Source: an uncultured delta proteobacterium (GTDB taxonomy: Bacteria > Myxococcota > UBA727 > VGSZ01). From it: 64,000 nt of DNA. This document shows, one piece after another, positions 23,313 to 35,419 of the stretch. The notes beneath the pieces were generated by a model that saw only the letters and a program-made list of their open reading frames with translations, did no database searches and was not told where the DNA came from. Every line of letters starts with the position of its first letter. Positions within the stretch are counted from its first letter, which is position 1. The stretch covers positions 355,424-419,423 of the forward strand of contig CAVZJB010000008.1 of NCBI GenBank assembly GCA_963775425.1, written 5' to 3'. The position numbers and the translations under genes are program-made.

Positions 23313-24173
23313 TCAGCGCAGGACGGGCACCGCCGCGGGCGTGACGACGACGATCTTCACCGCGCCAACCGACGCGAACGACGGCACCTTCTTCAGGCGG
23401 TGCACGAGCTCCTGGCTGCGGAGCTGCACCTCGTGCGCGAGGAGCGTCGAGCGCACCTCGACGAGCACGCGGGTCTCGGCGCGGTCGGCGAAGCCCACCG
23501 GACGGCACAGGCTCCACAGCTCCTCGCCGACGGCGGGCCGCACCACCTCCTCGGAGAAGCGCGCGGCGCGCCGCAGCACCTCGCCGAAGGGGGTGTTCCG
23601 CGCCGCGCCCGCGATGCGCATGCGCACGTCGTTTCTGGGCAGCGCCACCTTGCCGCGCGCGGGGACGTCGAGGAGCGCGCGCAGGGGATCGCCGTCGTCG
23701 AGGGGAAGCTTGGCCACGCCGCGCGACTTCTTGCGCTCGCGCACGGCGCGCGCGACGGCGCGGCGCACGTGGTCCTCGCTGTCCTTGGCGCGCGTCGCCT
23801 CGGCGTAGAGCGCGGCGCGCGCGAGGGTGCGCAGGCTGCCGTCGACCGCCTCGTCCATGCGTGCGCCGGGGTGGCGCGGCGTGGTGGCGAGCGTCCAGGC
23901 GGCGTCGCTGCAGTTGCGCGCGAACTGCAGGAGCTCGCGCGGCTGGGTGAGGTCGTGGATGGCGCGCGCGAAGCGCGTGACGACGTCGCGAAGCCCCGCG
24001 CGCTGCGTGACGCCGAGCTTCTTGGCGGGGCCGCCCGGTCGCATGAGCTGCACCATCGCGATCTCGGCGGCGTCCTCGACGGAGAAGCGCCCGCGCTCGA
24101 GCGCGTGGCGCAACGCGCGCACCACGAGGCGCGTGCTCTCCTCGGCCCGATCGCCGGCCCGCCGCCCCGTCAC
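23313..24173 (-). CDS. DUF721/DciA-like protein with N-terminal extension
   Basis: C-terminal VGEELWSLCRP...VLVEVRSTLLAHEVQL; GTGA overlap with upstream gene. Confidence 0.6.
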   Translation of the reverse strand: MTGRRAGDRAEESTRLVVRALRHALERGRFSVEDAAEIAMVQLMRPGGPAKKLGVTQRAGLRDVVTRFARAIHDLTQPRELLQFARNCSDAAWTLATTPRHPGARMDEAVDGSLRTLARAALYAEATRAKDSEDHVRRAVARAVRERKKSRGVAKLPLDDGDPLRALLDVPARGKVALPRNDVRMRIAGAARNTPFGEVLRRAARFSEEVVRPAVGEELWSLCRPVGFADRAETRVLVEVRSTLLAHEVQLRSQELVHRLKKVPSFASVGAVKIVVVTPAAVPVLR

Positions 24174-24895
24174 TGAAAGCTCCACGTGCCGCCGACGTCG
24201 ACGCCGGCGTAGATCGCGGAGAATGGGCCCGCGTCGCCGGCCCGTTGAAACGGGCTCGATGAGGCGCCGGCGCGGCCGCCGACGACGCCGCGGGCCTCGC
24301 CGGTGAAAGGCCCGATGGAGTAGCGGAAGGCGAGCGCGGTGCCCATCTCGCCGCCGAGCGCGACGGTGCGCTCCTGCACGCTCGGCAGGTCGGCGAAGAC
24401 ATAGAGCGACGGGCCCGAGTACAGATCCCACAACAGCGAGAAGCGGTTCTCGCGCACGAGGTCGTAGCGGATGCCCGTGATGAGCGACGCCACCGACGAC
24501 GCCGTGGTCCCCGCGGCCGGGACGCCGTCGAGCCCGACGTACGTGCGCCCGCCGAACACCACGGCGAGGCGGTCGACCGGGTAGTAGCGGCCGACCCCGT
24601 TGAGCACGATGCCGCCGATGGTGGGCAGCTTCAGCGCCGGCTGCACCGCCCCGAACGCCGCCTCGCCGCCGACGAGCACGCTGATTTCGAAGCGCTGCCC
24701 CCGCCGCGGGGCCCAGTACGGCTCCTTCGGATCGAGCCAGCGACCGGCGAAGAGGTCGTCGAGGAAGGTGTCGAGCTTGCTCGGCTTGTCCTTGACGACG
24801 CCCGCGGCGCCCGTCTCTTCGTCGTCGCCGCCGGGCGGCGCGGCGAGCGCCGGCGCAGCGACGGCGAGGAGCAGGGCGCAAAGGACGGGACGCAC
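24170..24895 (-). CDS. Exported hypothetical protein (possible beta-barrel)
   Basis: Signal peptide, alternating beta strands, aromatic C-terminus (TWSFQ). Confidence 0.6.
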   Translation of the reverse strand: MRPVLCALLLAVAAPALAAPPGGDDEETGAAGVVKDKPSKLDTFLDDLFAGRWLDPKEPYWAPRRGQRFEISVLVGGEAAFGAVQPALKLPTIGGIVLNGVGRYYPVDRLAVVFGGRTYVGLDGVPAAGTTASSVASLITGIRYDLVRENRFSLLWDLYSGPSLYVFADLPSVQERTVALGGEMGTALAFRYSIGPFTGEARGVVGGRAGASSSPFQRAGDAGPFSAIYAGVDVGGTWSFQ

Positions 24896-24904
24896 GAAAA
24901 AACC

Positions 24905-26920
24905 TTAGCGTGTGTGCCGGCTGCGGCGCAGGGCCTTCGTCGCCCGCCGGACGGCCCCCTTGTCCGGCGGCGCCCCCCCGAAGCGCTCGGCCTCGTACAG
25001 GGCGAGCGCGTCCGAAAGCGCCGCCCCGAGCGCGTCGGGCAGCGCGCCCGCGCCGTCCACCGCCTCTCGCAGCGTCGCCGCGTCCCTCACCGGCGCGTGG
25101 GTGACCCGGCCCAGCTCGTCGACGATGGCGCGCGCGAGCGGGTGGACGTCCGGCTGCGCGGCGCGGCGCCGGCGCCGGCGCCAGGCGATCGCGACGCCCG
25201 CGGCGGCGGCGGCGAGCACGAGGGGAGCGGCCAGCGCCCAGGGCGGCACGGGGCTCTTGCGCTCCACCTGGCGCAGCGCGTGGCGCGCGCGGTCGAGCGC
25301 GTCGGTCTGGTCGGTGAGCGAGTAGTCGAGCACCGTGTCGTCCCAGAAGCGGCGGGCGCGCTCGAGGACGGACGCCATGCCGTGCAGCTCCTCGCGCGGC
25401 GCGGTGGCGAGCGGCGTGGCGTCGTCGACGATCCAACCGGCGTCGTCGTCCCACCACTCCACCCACGCGTGGGCGTTCTTCTCGGCGAACACGACGACGC
25501 CGTCGTCCCACGCGCCCCCCTGAAAACCGCCGATCACGCGCGCGGGCACCCCGGCGGCGCGCAAGAGCAGCGCGTACGCCGCGGCGAAGTACTCGCAGTG
25601 CCCCTGGCGCTCCTCGAGGAGGAACGTCCGCAGCGGGGACGCCGCGAAGCGCGGCGGCTCCTGGCTGTAGCGGAACTCGTGCAAGAAGAACCCGCGCAGC
25701 GCGTTCGCCTTCTGCGCCGGCGTCCGCGCGCCCGTCACGACTCGCTCGACGAGCGCCCGCAGCGGGGCGTCGAAGCCCTGCGGCACCTGAAGGAAGCGCG
25801 CGCGCAGGTCGTCGTCGAGCGGGCGCGGCGTCCTCGCCGGGGCCTTCGGGATGTAGCCGGGCGCGGCGACGCCGCCGGCGACGGCGTAGCGCATGGCGGA
25901 GACGAGGGGCGCGGTGGCCTTGGTCTCGTCGAGGATGGTGCGCCGGTCGAAGTGCAGGGGCGTGTTGGGGTTCGCGTTGCCGCCCCCGAGCACGCGCAGG
26001 CCCTTGAAGTCGCCGAGCGTGAGCATGGTGTCGCCGACGACCGGCATCACGGTGAGCTCGTAGTGCGCGTCCTCGGGGGCCGGCGCGAGCCGGACCGCGC
26101 CGCGCGTGCGGAGCTTGCCTGCGTCGGAGCGCGAAAAGCCGTCGAGCGTGATGGTGTCGTAGACGGCGCCGCGCAGATAGAGCCCACGGTCGAACGCCTC
26201 GCGCGACACGAAGCGCGCGCGCGCGACGACGGTGGTGCCGCCGGACAGCCGCGGGTCGCCACGCAAGCCGACGGCGCCGGGCAAGCGCGACTCCTTCTTC
26301 AGGAACGCGCCGATGTCGCCGAAGCCGACGCGCGGAAACGCCGCGAACACCAGCGCGGCGCTGGCGAGGACCACCAGCGCGATGGCCGCGGTGGCGACGA
26401 AGAACGCGGGCGTGACGACGTCGGTGCGGGCGCGGATCGCGGTGCGCTCGACGTCGACGGCGCCGGCGAGGAGCTGCCGCGTGGACAGCGCCCAGACGGC
26501 GGAGACGGCGTAGACGACGAAGACGACGATGTAGCTGAGGCTGACGTTCAAGACGGACCCGGCGAGCACGAGCAGCAGCGACAGGGAGAGGGCCTGCATG
26601 TCGTGTGCGGGCGTCCTGCGCACGAGGAGCCGCGCGGCGAGCAGGCCCATCAACACCTCGGCGCCGGCGAGGACGGCGGTGTCGATGCCGCCTTGCGCGA
26701 TGGTGACGCCGCCGAGCGCGATGCTGGCGAGGCCGACGAGCGTGGCCGACAGCGCCGGCGGCGTGATCCCCTTCGCCGCGAGGAGGAAGGACACCGCCGG
26801 CGCGAGGCACACGAGCCACGCGAAGTCGGGCAGCGCGCCGCCGAGGAGCACCACGGCGATGGAGGTGGTGGTGGCGCCGGCGAAGCCGATCTCGTGCGCG
26901 AGGCCGAGCGGCAACCTCAC
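24905..26920 (-). CDS. DUF3488/transglutaminase (TgpA-like) membrane protein
   Basis: GHCEYFA, HAWVEW, DAT catalytic triad; N-terminal TMs. Confidence 0.9.
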   Translation of the reverse strand: MRLPLGLAHEIGFAGATTTSIAVVLLGGALPDFAWLVCLAPAVSFLLAAKGITPPALSATLVGLASIALGGVTIAQGGIDTAVLAGAEVLMGLLAARLLVRRTPAHDMQALSLSLLLVLAGSVLNVSLSYIVVFVVYAVSAVWALSTRQLLAGAVDVERTAIRARTDVVTPAFFVATAAIALVVLASAALVFAAFPRVGFGDIGAFLKKESRLPGAVGLRGDPRLSGGTTVVARARFVSREAFDRGLYLRGAVYDTITLDGFSRSDAGKLRTRGAVRLAPAPEDAHYELTVMPVVGDTMLTLGDFKGLRVLGGGNANPNTPLHFDRRTILDETKATAPLVSAMRYAVAGGVAAPGYIPKAPARTPRPLDDDLRARFLQVPQGFDAPLRALVERVVTGARTPAQKANALRGFFLHEFRYSQEPPRFAASPLRTFLLEERQGHCEYFAAAYALLLRAAGVPARVIGGFQGGAWDDGVVVFAEKNAHAWVEWWDDDAGWIVDDATPLATAPREELHGMASVLERARRFWDDTVLDYSLTDQTDALDRARHALRQVERKSPVPPWALAAPLVLAAAAAGVAIAWRRRRRRAAQPDVHPLARAIVDELGRVTHAPVRDAATLREAVDGAGALPDALGAALSDALALYEAERFGGAPPDKGAVRRATKALRRSRHTR

Positions 26921-28080
26921 GACGCGCCCCCACGTCGCGGCGCCGAAACGTCGGGGCGGGGCTCGTCGACGGCACCGGCCACCCGCGCCGCGTCGACGAC
27001 GGCGGCGGTGTAAGGGGGCGCGGTCGCGCCGCGCGCGACGACGGCGACGACGACGGCGCGCCGCGCCGGCAGCGGCGGCTTCTCCGCCGTGGCGTCGAGG
27101 AGCGCGAGCCGATGCAGGAGCGCGCCGCGCTGGCGCGGACCCGGGGCAGGGGCGAGGGCGACGCCGGGCGCGCAGACGCCCACGGCGTGGCCGGCGTCGA
27201 GGAGGTCCTCGGCGAGGCTGGCGGCGACGTCGATGGCGTGATCGACGTCTTCCGCGCGCGCGCCCGCGGCGCTGACGAGGTCGATGACGATGTCGTTGCT
27301 GCGCGCGGCCTCGGTCTCGCGCACCACCAGGCGCCCGGTGCGGGCGGCGCGGCGCCACGCGATGTGCCGCGGATCGTCGCCGGCGCGGAAGGGCCGCAGG
27401 GAGAACAGCTCGTCGCCGGGCCCGGTGCGGCGCGCGGGCGCCTCGCCGATGCGCGCGAGCAGATCCCGCGCGGCGCCGCCGACGTCGACGCGCGCGGGGA
27501 GCACGACGACGTCGAGCGGGGGATCGAGCGTGACGAGCTTGTCCTTCTCGAAGAAGCCGAAGGGGAACGCCGTGGACGCGACCGCGGTGCGCACGGTGAG
27601 CCGCCCGCGTCGAAGCGGCGAAAACGTGAGCGCCACGACGCGCTCGCTGTGGGGCGCCACGCGCAGGTCGAAGCAGCGCGCGGGCGCGGGGACGGCGCGC
27701 GCGCCGCGCTCGAACGGCGCGCGCAGCTCGACGGCGAACGCGGGCAGCCGCCGCGCGTTTCGCACGAGGAACGACAGCGCGCCTCCGCCGCGCGCGCGCG
27801 CCTCGCCGGCGCCGCGCGGCTCGAGCCCGACCGAGCGCAGCGTCTGCTCGCTCAAGATCCCCGACACGACGATCGACGACAACAGCAGGCCCCACCCGAA
27901 GAACAGCAAGTTGTTGCCGGTGTTGAACGCGGCGAAGCCGACGGCGAACGTGAGCGCGACGAGCGCGCGCCCCGACCCCGTCGCCCGCAGCCGCCGCCGC
28001 GGCCCGAGGCGGCGCCACCATGGCAGGCGCGCCCCTCCCTGACGCGGGCGGGCGCTGAGCGGCGCGACGTGCGTCGTCAT
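26917..28080 (-). CDS. DUF58 domain protein
   Basis: NTGNNLLF, FPFGFF, LRPFRAGDDPRHIAWR. Confidence 0.9.
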   Translation of the reverse strand: MTTHVAPLSARPRQGGARLPWWRRLGPRRRLRATGSGRALVALTFAVGFAAFNTGNNLLFFGWGLLLSSIVVSGILSEQTLRSVGLEPRGAGEARARGGGALSFLVRNARRLPAFAVELRAPFERGARAVPAPARCFDLRVAPHSERVVALTFSPLRRGRLTVRTAVASTAFPFGFFEKDKLVTLDPPLDVVVLPARVDVGGAARDLLARIGEAPARRTGPGDELFSLRPFRAGDDPRHIAWRRAARTGRLVVRETEAARSNDIVIDLVSAAGARAEDVDHAIDVAASLAEDLLDAGHAVGVCAPGVALAPAPGPRQRGALLHRLALLDATAEKPPLPARRAVVVAVVARGATAPPYTAAVVDAARVAGAVDEPRPDVSAPRRGGAS

Positions 28081-29057
28081 CGCGGCGCCGGCGTCCGCGC
28101 GACGATCTCGTCGACGACGCCCCGCGCGCGCTGCCGCGCCTCGGCGCCCTCGGGGACGCCGCGCACGGCGAGGCGGTGCACGAGGACGGCGTGGGCGGTG
28201 GCCTTGACGTCGTCGGGGAGGACGAACGCGCGCCCCGCGAGGACGGCCCGGGCGCGGCACAGCGCTGCCCAGCTCAAGGCGCCGCGCGGCGAGCACCCGA
28301 GCTCCACCGCCGGATGCGTGCGCGTGGCGTCGACGATGCGCAGGAGGTACGCGGCCACCGCGTCCGAGAGCGGGAGCGCCTTCACCTCCGCCTGCAGCGC
28401 GCGCACGCGATCCGGATCGAGGTGGGGCGCGAGCGCGCGGAGCGCGTCGTCGGCGGTGCGGTTCCCGACGAGGAGACGGCGCTCGTCCTCCGGCGGCGGA
28501 TAGCCGAGCGTGAGGCACACCATGAAGCGGTCGAGCTGGCTCTCGGGGAGCGGGTAGGCCCCGTGGTGCTCCACGGGGTTTTGCGTGGCGAGCACCACGA
28601 AGGGCGGCGGCAACGCGTGGGTCTCGTCGTCGACGGAGACCTGGAAGTCGGCCATGGCCTCGAGCAGCGCCGACTGCGTCTTCGGCGACGCGCGGTTGAT
28701 CTCGTCGGCGAGGACGACGTGGGCGAACAGCGGGCCGCGCTTGAAGCGCAGGGTGGTGGTGGCGGTGTCGAGGATCTGGACGCCGATGACGTCGGACGGG
28801 AGCAGATCCGCCGTGAACTGGATGCGCGAGAAGCTGCACCCGAGCGCCTTGGCGATGGCGCGGGCGAGCGTGGTCTTTCCGACCCCGGGGACGTCCTCGA
28901 GCAGCACGTGGCCGCCGGCGAGGACGGCGGCGAGGGCGAGCCGGACCGTCTCGGGGTTTCCGCGCACGACCTCGAGCACCGCGTGCTCGACGGCCGCGAG
29001 CTGCGCCGATCCCCGCGGTGCGTCAGGGGTGGGCAACGGGGGTACGCTGTCTGCCAT
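28077..29057 (-). CDS. moxR: MoxR family AAA+ ATPase
   Basis: LEDVPGVGKT, RIQFTADLLPSD, DEINRA, ATQNP. Confidence 0.95.
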   Translation of the reverse strand: MADSVPPLPTPDAPRGSAQLAAVEHAVLEVVRGNPETVRLALAAVLAGGHVLLEDVPGVGKTTLARAIAKALGCSFSRIQFTADLLPSDVIGVQILDTATTTLRFKRGPLFAHVVLADEINRASPKTQSALLEAMADFQVSVDDETHALPPPFVVLATQNPVEHHGAYPLPESQLDRFMVCLTLGYPPPEDERRLLVGNRTADDALRALAPHLDPDRVRALQAEVKALPLSDAVAAYLLRIVDATRTHPAVELGCSPRGALSWAALCRARAVLAGRAFVLPDDVKATAHAVLVHRLAVRGVPEGAEARQRARGVVDEIVARTPAPR

Positions 29058-29102
29058 GGCCAGCGAGCCTACCAGACGCGCCGGCTGCGCTACGTTCGGG
29101 GC

Positions 29103-31523
<2,421 letters not shown>

Positions 31524-31576
31524 GGCCCCCTCTCGCCAGGTTGCGCGCGCCTCCCCGCTCATCGACAATCGGGCTC

Positions 31577-32422
31577 GTGCACGCGCATCGCCGATCGAAC
31601 GCTCCCTCCGGTCGCCGATCCCACGCGGCCGCTCCCTCCGGTCGCCGATCCCACGCGGCCGCTCCCTCCGGTCGCCGATCCCACGCGGCCGCTCCCTCCG
31701 GTCGCCGATCCCACGCGGCCGCTCCCTCCGGTCGCCGATCCCACGCGGCCGCTCCCTCCGGTCGCCGATTGGCCGTCGCGCTGCTCGGCGCGCTCGCGCT
31801 CGCCGTCCTCGTCGCCTTCCCCGCGCACGCCGCCGGCAGCAAGGCAAAGGCGCGCACGCTCTTCCATCAGGGACAGAGCGCCTACGAGGCCGGCGACTTC
31901 CAGGGCGCGCTCGACCTCTTCCAGGAGGCATACGCCACCGTCCCCGCGCCCGCGCTCTACTTCAACATCGCGCAGTGCTACCGGAAGCTCGGCGATCACG
32001 CGCACGCCGTCGAAGCCCTCGAGAAGTACCGCAAGCTCCAAAAGAGGATCCCCGCGTCCATCCGCAAGGAGCTCGAAGCGCAGCTCGCCGAAGAAAAGGC
32101 GCTCCTCGCCTCGCCCCCACCCGAGGCGGCGCCGCCCCCACCTGCCGCGCCGGATCCGCCGCCACCGCCACCGGCGCCGCCGCCGGCAGCGCCACCCGCC
32201 GCGTCCGTGCCGCCGCCGCCCGCTCCCGACGAGGCGCGCCCCGCCGCGGCCGTCGACGACGACGCGGCGCCCCTCTGGCAGAACCCGTTCGTCATCGGGG
32301 CCGCCGTCGGTGTCACGGCGGCCGCCATCGCCGGCGGCGCCGCCGCGGTGCTCTACTACACGGCACCGGGACCGCCGGTCCCGTCGACGACGCTCGGCGC
32401 GATCGACCTGAGGGATAAATGA
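31577..32422 (+). CDS. TPR protein with Pro-rich linker and C-terminal TM
   Basis: ARTLFHQGQSAYEAGDF, LYFNIAQCYR; start uncertain. Confidence 0.8.
   Translation: MHAHRRSNAPSGRRSHAAAPSGRRSHAAAPSGRRSHAAAPSGRRSHAAAPSGRRSHAAAPSGRRLAVALLGALALAVLVAFPAHAAGSKAKARTLFHQGQSAYEAGDFQGALDLFQEAYATVPAPALYFNIAQCYRKLGDHAHAVEALEKYRKLQKRIPASIRKELEAQLAEEKALLASPPPEAAPPPPAAPDPPPPPPAPPPAAPPAASVPPPPAPDEARPAAAVDDDAAPLWQNPFVIGAAVGVTAAAIAGGAAAVLYYTAPGPPVPSTTLGAIDLRDK
31601..31769 (+). repeat. Perfect 30-bp tandem repeat, about 5.6 copies
   Basis: GCTCCCTCCGGTCGCCGATCCCACGCGGCC repeated with no spacers. Confidence 0.95.
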
Positions 32423-34962
32423 GCGCCTCCCGCAGCAGGACGTGCGCGCTCCTCGCGGTCGCCGCGCTCGCGTGCGGTTGCCGCGACCCGCAGGCCGTCA
32501 TCATCGTCGGCGCCACCCTCGACCCGTCGCTCGGCATCGACCAGCTCGCGTTCACGCTCTCGAGCGGAGACACCAGCATCGAGGCCACGGCACCCGATGC
32601 GCCCGGCGAGGCGTTCGCAGACCGCGAGCAGACCGCGGCGTTCCTCCTCCCGCCGGCGCTCGTCGACGTCGACGTCGCCGTCGCCGTCGAAGGCAGCGCG
32701 GACGGCGGCGCCGGACGCGAGGTGCGCGCCCGCGGTGAAAACAGCATCCGCACCATCCCCGACACCACCGTGAAGGTCTTCGTCAAGCTCGCCTCCGTCC
32801 CCTTCTGCGGCGACGGTGTCCTCGACGACGGCGAGGCCTGCGACGACGGTGGCATCGCCGATGACGACGGCTGCTCCTCCGTCTGCGAGATCGAGCGCGG
32901 CTTCGTGTGCAGCGGCGCCCCCTCCCTGTGCGTGTCCGCGTGCGGCGACGGCGAGGTCGCCACCGGCGCCGAGGAGTGCGACGACGGCGGCGGCGACAGC
33001 GGCGACGGCTGCTCCGCGGCGTGCACCGTCGAGATCGGCTACGCCTGCGACGGCTCGCCCTCCGTGTGCGCGCCGGTGTGCGGCGACGGCCTCCTCGTCG
33101 GCGGCGAGGCGTGTGACGACGCGGACGTCGGCGACGGCGACGGCTGCTCGTCGACCTGCGCGGTCGAAGCCGGTTTCACGTGCAGCGGCGCGCCGTCGGC
33201 GTGCACCGCCGTCTGCGGCGACGGGCTCGTGCGCGGCGCCGAGGACTGCGACGACGTCGTTGGCGCGCCCGTCGACGGCGACGGTTGCTCTTCGACGTGC
33301 ACCCTCGAGACCGGTTACGCGTGCACCGGAGAGCCGTCCACCTGCGCGCCGGTGTGCGGCGACGGCGTCGTCGTCGCCGGCGTCGAGGGCTGCGACGATA
33401 GCGGCACCGCCGACGGTGACGGCTGCTCTTCGACGTGCACCCTCGAGCTCGGCTTCACGTGCGCGGGCGAGCCCACGGTGTGCGCGCCCGTGTGCGGCGA
33501 CGGCCTCGTGCGCGGCGGGGAGCAGTGCGACGACGTGGTGGGCACGCCGACGGACGGCGACGGTTGTTCGTCGACGTGCACCTTCGAAGAAGGCTTTTCG
33601 TGCGCGGGCGAGCCCACGGTGTGCGCGCCCGTGTGCGGCGACGGCCTCGTGCGCGGCGGGGAGCAGTGCGACGACGTCGTGGGCACGCCGACAGACGGCG
33701 ACGGCTGCTCGGCGGTGTGCGCCCGCGAGAGCGGCTTCGACTGCACGGGCGAGCCCAGCGTCTGCAGCACGGTGTGCGGCGACGGCCTCGTGCGCGGCGC
33801 GGAGGAGTGCGACGACGGCGCGGGCAACGGCAACGGCGCGGACCAGTGCCGCTCGGGCACGTGCACGCTGCCGTTCTGCGGCGACGCCATCACCGACACC
33901 GGCGAGCAGTGCGACGACGGCAACGCGGCCAACGACGACGCTTGCCGCACCGACTGCCGCACGCCGACGTGCGGCGACGGCTTCCTCGACCAGGGGGAGG
34001 CGTGCGACGACGGCAACATCGCGCCGGGGGACGGCTGCTCCGACACGTGCACCGTCGAGGCGACGTTCTCGTGTCTCGGGTCGCCGAGCGTGTGTGTGGC
34101 CACGGCCAACGTGCACGTCATCGGCGCGGGCGGGGAGTTCACCGTGATCGGAGACGCGGTGGCGTCGTCGTCGGTGGTGAGCGGCGACACGCTGTTCATC
34201 CTGAGCGAGTCGTTCAACGAAAACGTCGCCATCTCCACCAAGGACCTCACGTTGGTGGCCGACGCCGGCGCGGTCTTGTTCTCCGACGCCGACGGCAACG
34301 ACCTCGAGGCGTTGAACGTGAGCGGCGGCCGGACGGTGTCCGTGCAGGGCCTTTCCATTCGTCAGACCTCGCCCTCGAGCTCGAGCTCGGCAGTGACGGT
34401 GTCCGGCGCCGGCACGAGCCTGACGGTGCGGGGCTGCACGCTGGGGCCCTCGGGGCGCATCGGCGTCGACGCGGCGTCGGGGACGACGGTGACGCTCGAG
34501 CGGACCCTGGTGCAGGGCAACAGCGGAGGCGGCCTGGTGCTCGCGGGCGACTACACCGTCGACAACACGGTGGTCACCGGGAACGGGACCTCCGCGTCCG
34601 CGGTGGGCGGCGCGTCGCTCGCGGCGAGCGGCGTGTTCCGCTTCGACACGGTGGCGGGCAACACGTCGGCGTCGACGTCGCCGGCGGGCGTGGTCTGCGC
34701 GTCGGCGACGGCGCTGGTGTCATCGGTGGTGTTCGGCAACGCCGGCGCCGCCACCGAGGTCTCGGCCGCGTGCGACGGCTCGACGAGCAGCGTCGGCGTC
34801 GATCCCCTCTTCGACACCGACGGCTTCCACCTCTTGCCCGCGTCCCCCGTCGTCGACCAGGCGCCCGTCGCCGGCTGCCCCGCCCTCGACTTCGACGGCG
34901 AAGCCCGCCCCATCGGCACGCTCTGCGATCTCGGCGCCGACGAGCGCCCCCGCGGCCCCTGA
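32419..34962 (+). CDS. Myxococcal Cys-rich repeat (DUF4215-like) lipoprotein with C-terminal beta-helix
   Basis: Many CGDG...E.CDDG....DGCS..C repeats; pectin-lyase-like tail ending CDLGADE. Confidence 0.9.
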   Translation: MSASRSRTCALLAVAALACGCRDPQAVIIVGATLDPSLGIDQLAFTLSSGDTSIEATAPDAPGEAFADREQTAAFLLPPALVDVDVAVAVEGSADGGAGREVRARGENSIRTIPDTTVKVFVKLASVPFCGDGVLDDGEACDDGGIADDDGCSSVCEIERGFVCSGAPSLCVSACGDGEVATGAEECDDGGGDSGDGCSAACTVEIGYACDGSPSVCAPVCGDGLLVGGEACDDADVGDGDGCSSTCAVEAGFTCSGAPSACTAVCGDGLVRGAEDCDDVVGAPVDGDGCSSTCTLETGYACTGEPSTCAPVCGDGVVVAGVEGCDDSGTADGDGCSSTCTLELGFTCAGEPTVCAPVCGDGLVRGGEQCDDVVGTPTDGDGCSSTCTFEEGFSCAGEPTVCAPVCGDGLVRGGEQCDDVVGTPTDGDGCSAVCARESGFDCTGEPSVCSTVCGDGLVRGAEECDDGAGNGNGADQCRSGTCTLPFCGDAITDTGEQCDDGNAANDDACRTDCRTPTCGDGFLDQGEACDDGNIAPGDGCSDTCTVEATFSCLGSPSVCVATANVHVIGAGGEFTVIGDAVASSSVVSGDTLFILSESFNENVAISTKDLTLVADAGAVLFSDADGNDLEALNVSGGRTVSVQGLSIRQTSPSSSSSAVTVSGAGTSLTVRGCTLGPSGRIGVDAASGTTVTLERTLVQGNSGGGLVLAGDYTVDNTVVTGNGTSASAVGGASLAASGVFRFDTVAGNTSASTSPAGVVCASATALVSSVVFGNAGAATEVSAACDGSTSSVGVDPLFDTDGFHLLPASPVVDQAPVAGCPALDFDGEARPIGTLCDLGADERPRGP

Positions 34963-34996
34963 CCCCCTCGCGGCTCTCGTGGCGCGCGCGATCGGG

Positions 34997-35419
34997 TCAA
35001 CGCGCGAGCGACCACAAGCGGCGCAGCGCCCGCCGCCACCGCGGTGGGGTCGGCGTCGGCCCGCGCACGGGCCCGCCGTCGACGGAGACGACGAGGCCGA
35101 CGACCTCCTGCGGGGCGAACCAGCCGTCGGGGCTCGGGCACGCGTCACCCTTGGTGAGCACGCGCCCGGCGGCGTCGATGCCCACCACCCGGTGCACCAT
35201 GAGGGAGACACGCGCATTGGTGACCGCAACGACCTCGCCAAGCCGAGGCGGTCTCGCGAGCGGCGCCAAGGTCAGGGTGGCGCCGTTGCGGATGGCGGCC
35301 TGCATGGACCCGCCGCGCGCGATGATCGTCTGCCCGTTTCCCCGCCGCAGGACCTCGATGACGAGGTCGAGACGGGCCATCTCCAGGTTGACGGCGCGCG
35401 CGCGTGACGCGGGCCTCAT
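34997..35419 (-). CDS. S24/S26 family peptidase (SipW-like Ser-His dyad), putative RiPP leader peptidase
   Basis: GGSM, VHRVV, TKGD motifs; no N-terminal TM; ATGA-coupled to the methyltransferase. Confidence 0.82.
   Translation of the reverse strand: MRPASRARAVNLEMARLDLVIEVLRRGNGQTIIARGGSMQAAIRNGATLTLAPLARPPRLGEVVAVTNARVSLMVHRVVGIDAAGRVLTKGDACPSPDGWFAPQEVVGLVVSVDGGPVRGPTPTPPRWRRALRRLWSLAR

Noticed and set aside
24905-26920. Transglutaminase as leader peptidase for the RiPP cluster
   Set aside because: It is a TgpA-type membrane protein in the common MoxR-DUF58 operon, 8 kb away.
31601-31769. Possible CRISPR array (30-bp periodicity)
   Set aside because: Units are identical and adjacent with no unique spacers; no cas genes in the window.
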